This document shows, in pieces, positions 57,302 to 64,000 of a stretch of 64,000 nt of DNA. The position numbers were made by a program, and so were the translations under genes. Position 1 is the first letter of the stretch, and every line of letters starts with the position of its first letter. The DNA is from Vulcanimicrobiota bacterium. Lineage in GTDB: Bacteria; Vulcanimicrobiota; Xenobia; Xenobiales; JADMJV01. The stretch lies in NCBI GenBank assembly GCA_050250895.1, contig JBFWNU010000001.1, positions 3,744,149-3,808,148 on the forward strand. The letters are read 5' to 3'. The notes beneath the pieces are model-generated. The model worked only from the letters and a program-made list of their open reading frames with translations, had not been told where the DNA came from and did no database searches.

Positions 57302-57628
57302 TTACCCTTCCGTCTGGTCCCGAGGCACAGCCTTGAATCTTTCGATTCCCAGGACCGTCAGATCTACTCGCTCGTCCAACTTCACCTTTTTCGGTCGCTG
57401 GTTCGACAGCTTCACCCGAAGAGTGTAGTTTTCCGCGGGCAATAGACCGCCAAGCGTTAGGATATCGCGGCCTGTGGGAGTCGCTTGGCTGATCACGAAA
57501 GCGTCACCATTGATGCGCAGGCGGTATCCCCTCGCGAGAGGGGGCCGCTGTCCTCTTCTGGCATACTCCGCCAAATCAACATCCTGGTCCAGGACGTTTT
57601 CTACACCAGGGTCAACGTTGTGGCTCAT
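57302..57628 (-). CDS. Multi-ubiquitin-domain Ubl ending in Gly
   Basis: TGRDILTLGG...VDL...GIERF...QTEG-stop; AGGAGG RBS. Confidence 0.85.
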   Translation of the reverse strand: MSHNVDPGVENVLDQDVDLAEYARRGQRPPLARGYRLRINGDAFVISQATPTGRDILTLGGLLPAENYTLRVKLSNQRPKKVKLDERVDLTVLGIERFKAVPRDQTEG

Positions 57629-57678
57629 CTTGAGCTGTCCTCCTTGTCATTTCTGTCGCGGCGAAACCGCTTGGTCGC

Positions 57679-57711
57679 ATCATATATGAAGCATGCTTGA
57701 TTTGTCAAGCA
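57679..57711 (-). promoter_or_regulatory. Sigma70-like promoter with overlapping palindromic operator
   Basis: TTGACA (57708-57703), N18, TATGAT (57684-57679); TGCTTGA-N4-TCAAGCA covers the -35. Confidence 0.65.
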
Positions 57712-57801
57712 GAAACTGAAATGTGAACTGTCGGCAAGCGTGCTTGGAAAGGCGAGTTGAGGGTGGTATGGTGGCCGAAATCTGACCGAGGAGGCCGACG
57801 A

Positions 57802-59058
57802 ATGCTAGACCGCCTGGAGAAAGTGAGAGAGGCCCTGGAGCTCTGGCGCCAAGAGAAAACCTGGATGGCAGCACCGACTCCGGACGAGATCTGGGATGGG
57901 GCTACCGAGCTGGCTTGCGAGGCGGGAGTTGGGCCGGTGTCCAAGGCCTTGAGGCTGGACCACGCCAAGCTCAAGCGGGCGAGGAGCGGTTGCCGGCACC
58001 GGCTTTTCTTGAGGTCCGCTCGGGCTTGCGACCAGGTCAGAACCTCGCTTGCGTGCTCGAAGTTGCCCCGGGAGGTGGTCTCCGGGCTAGCATCTCCGGG
58101 GCCACCGCCGCCGACCTCGGCATCATCTTCCGGGCCTTCGCAGGCTGAGCGTGCTGCAGCTGACGCCACACATGCGGATCTGGTGGCCATGGAGCCGGTC
58201 GACGGGCGTAAGGGGATCGACTCGCTGGCTGCGCTGTGCCGGCAGAAGCTTCTCGAGGACCCGTTCTCCGGTGCCGTCTTCCTGTTCATCAATCGACGTC
58301 GGACGGCCGTGAGAGTTCTCTGCTACGATGGCGGGGGCTATTGGCTCGCACAGAAGCGGCTCTCGAAAGGGCGATATGGGTGGTGGCCGACCTCCAACTC
58401 GCCGAGCCAGTCGCTTGAACCGCATCAGGTTCACGCTCTCCTGGCGGCGGCGGCGAGCCCGACGATTCCTAACGCGCGGGTCTGGCGGCCCATCACGCCA
58501 GCTGGCCGAAATTAGTGCCCTTGTCAGCATGAAACTCGCCAGGTTTGCAGAAATCTGCACGCCGTCACGGGGATCCCGCGGCGGAAAGGTTTCTCTTGAG
58601 CAAACGGCGCAACCCAAAGGTCGTGGAGATCTATGTCCAGGAAATCGAGGACATCATCGATGCGACTGCAACCGGTCCGTTGGCCTCCGATGAGCGGGAG
58701 AAGCTTCGTCAGGCGGTCCGCCTGCTACTCGAGCATGTCCGCCCAGAATTTCGAAACTCCGAGAAGCTGAAGACCCTGGTCAAAGACCTTCTGGAAGACC
58801 AGAAGGAAGGTGCCTCGTCTGAAGACGGAGCAGAGCAGCCGCCCCCAAAGAAGAAGCGCAAAGGCCACGGTCGGCGTCCGACCTCAGAATTCACGGGCGC
58901 CCAGAAGGTCCCGGTGGAGCACCAGGAGCTGCACAAGGGCGATGTTTGTCCCGAGTGCAGCCGAGGCAAGCTTCACGACACCAAGAAGCCGAAAGTGCTC
59001 CTCCGAGTTGTGGGTAGCCCGCCGATTCAGGCCACCGCCTACGAGCTACAAAAGCTGC
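57802..59058 (+). mobile_element. IS66-family remnant (tnpA/tnpB, 5' part of tnpC)
   Basis: PVDGRKGIDSL...FLFINRRR...DGGGYWL..KRL (TnpB); KGHGR...CPEC (TnpC start) cut by IS21. Confidence 0.85.
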
Positions 59059-59166
59059 TGTTAGCAACGCTCTCAATTTGATCCACCCAACGCTCAAAAA
59101 GTGATCCACCCCAACACCGTTATCCGGTAAACTGGAGTTGAAAAGACTTCAAGTTCCGGAGGAAGG

Positions 59167-60171
59167 ATGCTGAAAGTGGATCAAATCTATGTTATCAGAG
59201 ACAAAGTAATCAGGGAAGGGAAAAGTCAAAGGCAGGCAGCCCGAGAAGTCGGCTGCAGTCGGAACACGGTGCGACGCTGCCTTGCGAACCTACAGACGAA
59301 GCCCGGGTCACCCCGGCCGAAGGTTCAACGGCCGAGTCCCGTGAGTGACCAGGCGGAGTCGCAGATTGAGCAAATCCTCGCCGAATGGGAAGGGCGCACT
59401 ACTCAGAAGCAGCGGGTGACCGGCAGCCGCCTCCATACCGAGCTTTTAAGCCGGGGGATCCAGGTCGGAGTGACCACGGTCCGGCGGATTCTTCGAGAGA
59501 TCAAACGCCGCCAAGCGGAGGTCTACATCCCCCTCGTTCACCGTCCGGGTGACGAGGCTCAGGTGGACTTCTTCGAAGTCACAGTGGACATCGCTGGCGA
59601 GCGCAGGAAGCTCTGGATGTTCCTGATGCGCCTGATGTATTCGAAGCGTGATTTCGCCTGGCTCTACGAACGCTGCGACCAGCTCGCTTTCCTTGATGGC
59701 CATGTGCGCGCCTTCGCTCACTTTCGTGGCGTGCCGCATCGTTGCGTGTACGATAACCTGAGACCAGCCATGAAGAAGGTCGTGCTCCCGCGCCGGGAGC
59801 TGACCAAGAGCTTTGCAGCGCTGTTGAAGCACTATCTGTTCGAGCCCTGCTTTGCGCGCGTGGCCCGAGGCGACGATAAGGGTGGTGTAGAGGCCCGAGG
59901 CAAAGGGGTTCGGCTGCAGCACATGACCCCGATTCCCAAAGGAGAGACCCGCGACGATATTTGCCAGCGGCTGGTCGCCCAGTTGGATGCGCGCGCTCAG
60001 CAGACCAAGCTTTCGGACGGCCGCACCATCCGGGACCGGTTCGTCGAGGAGCATTGCTTGATGTTGCCCGCGGCGCACCCTTACCAGGCCCAACGAACCC
60101 ATCTGGTCTCGGTCGACAAAACCTCGATGGTTCAGGTTGAAGGGGCGCGCTACTCGCTGCCGAGTGCCTGA
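59167..60171 (+). pseudogene. istA: IS21 transposase IstA, truncated
   Basis: HTH, PGDEAQVDF, VYDNL, KGGVE, RYSLP, then a premature TGA; istB absent. Confidence 0.85.
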
Positions 60172-60305
60172 GCAAGGCTCGATGTGACGGCCCACGTCCG
60201 GGTTGAGGATGTCGAGTGTAGCTGGGGACACTCGCCGCCAAGTTTTGTGAAGTCTATTTGGCCAAAAGGTGAGGCCTGACCCGGCGCGGGCCAGGCCTCG
60301 CTGGT

Positions 60306-60842
60306 CTAGAAGGGACACGGCCTCAATGTTGGCTCACCCGGAACGGAGGCCGTCAGCCCGGTGACGAGGATGCCAAGGTTCTTGGATACCTTCTGCATCG
60401 TGTGGCAGAGCGAGAGCATCTCCGACCAGTAGTCGCCCAGAAGAACCGGGGCGTTGTAGCGATAAGCCATGGATTGGCACAAGTCCAGGGCGCCAGCGTA
60501 GGTTCCGGGCAACCGCCACAGGTCCAGGTCCTCCCGCTGATGTCCGGTGAAGCTGGCTCGGTAAACGGTGACGTCCCTGGCTTCAAGCCAGGATACGATG
60601 CCAATAGAGTCCTGCGCCCAGCAGGGGATGGCCACCAGAACACTCCAACCGCCATCAATGTGGTCTTTCCAGTAGCGCTCGAAGTGATCGAGGTCTCGAA
60701 ATCCCCGCCAGCCCAGCACGAAAAGCTGGCCCTGGGGGTCTCCGTAGATCACTCGGGCGAAGTCGCCCTCGTCGTTGAAGTCGATGCCCACGACCAGGCA
60801 AAGGGGAGCTTGGATCGTGGACTGGGTCTCTGGTTCGTTCAT
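60306..60842 (-). CDS. Hypothetical protein (transposon cargo)
   Basis: AGGAGG RBS; VVGID RNase H-like start. Confidence 0.55.
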   Translation of the reverse strand: MNEPETQSTIQAPLCLVVGIDFNDEGDFARVIYGDPQGQLFVLGWRGFRDLDHFERYWKDHIDGGWSVLVAIPCWAQDSIGIVSWLEARDVTVYRASFTGHQREDLDLWRLPGTYAGALDLCQSMAYRYNAPVLLGDYWSEMLSLCHTMQKVSKNLGILVTGLTASVPGEPTLRPCPF

Positions 60843-60867
60843 GTTGATTCCTCCTGTGGCTTGGGTT

Positions 60868-61674
60868 TCAGTCCGCCTGGAGGACGGACAAGACGGTGTT
60901 GACGAGTTCCTCGTCGATGGGCGTGAGCTTGCGGCGGGCGCTCTTCTTGAGCGCCGCTAGCGCCAGTCGGTTGAGGCGACGAGGAATACCCTGGGAGTGG
61001 TCAAAAAGGGCAGCCCGGGCGCTGTCGGTGAAGAGCCCTTCATTGGCTCCGCTGGCTCTGAGGTGGGCCTCGATGTAGCTGAAGGTCTCCTCTCGGGAGA
61101 GGCCCTCCAGGCGATAGTGCATGCGAAGACGGTCCCATAGAGCCAGATGGACGGGCCTCTGAAGTCGTAGCCGCAGGGCCGGGTGGCCCACCAGCACGAG
61201 CACCAGCGGGTCCTGGGCATCCATCTCGAAGTTGGTCAGGAGCCGCAGGTCTTCTAGCAGACCGTCTTCGATCAGGTGAGCGTCGTCCACCAGGATCATG
61301 GTCTTTTTGCGCTGTTCCTGGTAAAGGCGCTGGCTGCGTGTGCTGAGCTGGCGCAAGAGGTCAGAACGGTAACGGCAGGGTGCCAGGCCGAGCCGCTCGA
61401 TGAGTTGCTCGAGGATGCCCTTGGGATGGCGGCTCGAGCCTGCGTAGGCAACTTCGCAACTCATGCGGTCCAAGCTGGCCAGAAAGGCCCGCAAGGCTGT
61501 CGTTTTGCCGATTCCCATCTCTCCGGTGAGCAGACCCACGCCGCCTTCCCAAACGAGCGTGTCCAATTCCTCGTGGAGTTCTTCGAGCTGAGGGTAGATC
61601 AGTAGCTGGTCCGTGGCCAGTGTCTTGGTGAATACTGGGGCCGCCAATCCGTGGAAGTTTCTGTAGTTAGCCAT
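60868..61674 (-). CDS. ExeA-family AAA ATPase (transposon-associated type)
   Basis: GEMGIGKT; LVDDAH; LVGHP; GIPRRLN. Confidence 0.88.
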   Translation of the reverse strand: MANYRNFHGLAAPVFTKTLATDQLLIYPQLEELHEELDTLVWEGGVGLLTGEMGIGKTTALRAFLASLDRMSCEVAYAGSSRHPKGILEQLIERLGLAPCRYRSDLLRQLSTRSQRLYQEQRKKTMILVDDAHLIEDGLLEDLRLLTNFEMDAQDPLVLVLVGHPALRLRLQRPVHLALWDRLRMHYRLEGLSREETFSYIEAHLRASGANEGLFTDSARAALFDHSQGIPRRLNRLALAALKKSARRKLTPIDEELVNTVLSVLQAD

Positions 61675-61897
61675 GGTCTCTCCTCAAGCGTGCCTCACGA
61701 ACGGTGTCTAGATAGAAGCGAATATGCAGAGAGCAGCCCTTCTCGTCGACGGCTGTGGCCAACGCTCGCCGAACGGCCTCGGTCTGTAACGGCGCGTTAC
61801 GGCGAAAGAAATCGAGCACAAGCCTTCTTTCGGCCGCGGTTAGCTCGCGTCCACACAAGGCGGCTTCCACCGCCCCGCAGAATTCAGGGCCGGTCAA
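61667..61897 (-). pseudogene. Probable C-terminal remnant of the transposase partnering ExeA
   Basis: Overlaps the ExeA start; 5' part lost near the IS21 right end. Confidence 0.4.
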
Positions 61898-62082
61898 GCA
61901 CCCCGCAGGCCAATCCTATCGCACCAAGGCCGCCAAGAAAGGTCCGGCGGCGGAGGGGTCCTTAAGTTAAAATCGAACATCAGGGTGGATCACTTTTAGG
62001 GTGCCGCCTGGATCAGATCTAGAGCGTTGCCAACAGGGCGTCCTGTAGAACCTGGGTGAGTTGTCGGTGAGCGCGCTCAGGC

Positions 62083-62298
62083 TTAGCTATTTTGCGCCTG
62101 GCGGCCTGAGGCCGAGTGGACTGGTCCCGCTCCTGCAGACATCAGACGTGCTCTTATCTGAGTATACAACTCATCTGGCCATTTGAGTTTGCTTCGCATT
62201 GTGACGTTGCCGGCTTTCCCGCCCCCGGCTTCGAGGACGTTGAGAAAGTGACTCTCGTGGTCTGAGATTTGTTGCTCGCTGAGACCAATTAACGACAT
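62083..62298 (-). pseudogene. Short winged-helix-like N-terminal fragment
   Basis: GGAGG RBS; GGKAGNVTMRSKLKW..ELY..IR.RL..G; ends close to the IS21 end. Confidence 0.4.
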
Positions 62299-62406
62299 TA
62301 CACACGGACCTCCAAGTTTGAGTAGACTTGACTATCAGTTCCAGGGGCTCCTCCACCACCCTCGCCTGCTCGCTTCGAGGGGCCGACCGGGGTGGGTCGA
62401 ATTCTA

Positions 62407-64000
62407 TCAGAGCTGATCGGCATCGTATCTAAACCTAATCCGTTCCAGTGTCGGGGTGACCTCGTAGTTCCCGCCGCGCTTGGTTCGAAAGCCGAATTCC
62501 GATATCAGATGCAAGGAGCGTTTCGCACGGGAGGCGACAACATAGAGCAAGCGTATCGAATCGTCCCATCCTTCGTCGTCCGAATGAATCACCGATGCCC
62601 ATGCTGGGCAGTGCCCCTTCAGAAGGCCAAAGCAGATTACCACCTCGAACTCCAGTCCCTTCACTGCGTGGCAGCTTGTGACTTGGACGCCTGTCCGGGT
62701 GAAGGAACTCCTGAAGAACTCAAAGTCCATCTCGGTCTCGAGCCATCCGAGACGACCGGCGATAGTTGCCAGGTAAGCGTTGATCGACTCGGCTAGGGGT
62801 CCCCCAGCTTCCAATTTCACAAATTGAGAGAGAAACGTTGTCAGGAGCTCTTTCAGATAGGCGATCCCTGTGTCATGCGGGCGTATCTCGCGTATGACCC
62901 TAATGCACGCTCTTGCCGAAGTGCTCACAACGTCCAAGGAGAACTCATCACTGAGTTCCCTGAGCAGGAGGGCCGCTTCTCCACGCCGCCATCGAATGTT
63001 TCGAGCGTTGGGTTCCCCAAAGTGCAATGCGATGACACGATGCCAAACGCCATCTGACTCTTTGAAAATGGCCGCACCTGGCACATTCACAGGAATGTCG
63101 GGTAGTAGCGCGGCGACTTCTCTGGCGACGGGGAGCAACACCCTCCACTTTGGCGCCAAGACGCAGATTTCTTCAGGCGCCACGCCATTACCAACGTGAC
63201 CCTGGATGAGAGAGGCGATTCGATCAGCGACGTTGTGCCGGCCGTAAGTCAATCGGTCGAAGGAGATACATCCCCTGGTGTCCCGACCATCTCCCATCGC
63301 GACAACATTCAAGTTAGAAACCCGGAAGTTCGTGCAGAAATCTACAATACGGCTGCTAGAACGGTAGTTCCCACTTAGTTCCAGCGGGGCGATCTCTTCG
63401 CGGCAAAAGATCGATTCAAGCTCAGGTGCCGTTTTGACAACGCCGCCAAGAGACCGATATATCGCCTGATCTGGATCTCCTACCACAAAGATTCGGGTCG
63501 AGCCCGAGCCTAGAATCAGACCAAGTATCGAGTATTGAACCTCACTCGTGTCCTGGTATTCGTCGAGGTAGATGCCTTCGAACAGTCGGGCCAGATTCTT
63601 GCAGGCGCACGGAAGCTTCTTCAGGAGTTTGTATGTGTAATACAGACACTGATCGTGGTCGACCAATCCGGCGGCCTTCAATTCCTGGTGATAGTTGTAA
63701 ATGATATCGCGATGAATATCGCGGTCTAGGCCGAGGGCTTCCAAAGGTTCGCCGTTGAGTCCCAACCTGGTCGGGATCTCAATCCAAGGGTCGAGATCGT
63801 GTCCCGCTTTGAGGCGGTCTAGGATTTCTCGAATAGTTCCTTCACTAGCCACTCGGAATGATCGTCGCAGCGGTGGGCTATAGCACCGGTATGGATGCAA
63901 GACCCACTCTCGGCAAAATGAGTGGATCGTGCCCACCCATAGTCGAGCATCGCGAACGCCAGCGTCTGCGAAACGTCGCGTGATCTCCTCAGCTGCGCGG
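62407..64000 (-). CDS. UvrD/Rep SF1 helicase (GajB-like), 5' end outside window
   Basis: GTIHSF, DEYQDT, VGDPDQAIY, NYRSS, HAVKGLEF, LLYVVASRAK; frame open to 64000. Confidence 0.88.
   Translation of the reverse strand, partial: RAAEEITRRFADAGVRDARLWVGTIHSFCREWVLHPYRCYSPPLRRSFRVASEGTIREILDRLKAGHDLDPWIEIPTRLGLNGEPLEALGLDRDIHRDIIYNYHQELKAAGLVDHDQCLYYTYKLLKKLPCACKNLARLFEGIYLDEYQDTSEVQYSILGLILGSGSTRIFVVGDPDQAIYRSLGGVVKTAPELESIFCREEIAPLELSGNYRSSSRIVDFCTNFRVSNLNVVAMGDGRDTRGCISFDRLTYGRHNVADRIASLIQGHVGNGVAPEEICVLAPKWRVLLPVAREVAALLPDIPVNVPGAAIFKESDGVWHRVIALHFGEPNARNIRWRRGEAALLLRELSDEFSLDVVSTSARACIRVIREIRPHDTGIAYLKELLTTFLSQFVKLEAGGPLAESINAYLATIAGRLGWLETEMDFEFFRSSFTRTGVQVTSCHAVKGLEFEVVICFGLLKGHCPAWASVIHSDDEGWDDSIRLLYVVASRAKRSLHLISEFGFRTKRGGNYEVTPTLERIRFRYDADQL

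Larger units (their letters stand above)
59059..62035 (+). mobile_element. IS21-family element, defective, with cargo
   Basis: TIRs TGTTAGCAACGCTCT / AGAGCGTTGCCAACA, internal TGATCCACCC repeats; no target duplication. Confidence 0.88.

Noticed and set aside
60169-60171. In-frame TGA in istA as recoding
   Set aside because: Probably a TGG-to-TGA nonsense change in a decaying transposase; homology ends shortly after.

Overview
High-GC Gram-negative (diderm) bacterial chromosome segment. The gene style tentatively suggests Eremiobacterota/Vulcanimicrobiota; this is unverified. Positions 1-43.5 kb hold housekeeping, envelope and signalling genes: a partial flavin halogenase-like gene missing from the ORF track, two CNNM/HlyC proteins, three hybrid histidine kinases, pilin-like genes, TamB, an ECF sigma/anti-sigma pair, DcuC, TlpA proteins, a glycosyltransferase and PilZ. 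From 43.8 kb to the end lies a partly decayed defence/mobile island: an Rpn-like nuclease, a broken DUF1998 helicase, an HTH + IrrE pair, a dCTP deaminase, a Ubl-E2-E1-DUF6527 ubiquitin-like operon, IS66/IS21 remnants and a UvrD helicase. Best leads: (1) two ORFs at 15521-16774 are one reading frame interrupted by TGA-CCT-GGC-TGA followed by a SECIS-like hairpin, suggesting a two-selenocysteine (UPGU) YHS-TlpA-outer-membrane-barrel fusion; (2) a ubiquitin-like conjugation operon with pre-matured Ubl, Cys-less E2 and a degenerate JAB domain, co-oriented with a dCTP deaminase and a CapH/CapP-like pair, behind a promoter with a palindromic operator; (3) two modular palindromic repeat arrays; (4) a 133-134 bp hairpin mini-element with compensatory base changes that has disrupted two genes. 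No tRNA, rRNA or CRISPR array was seen.
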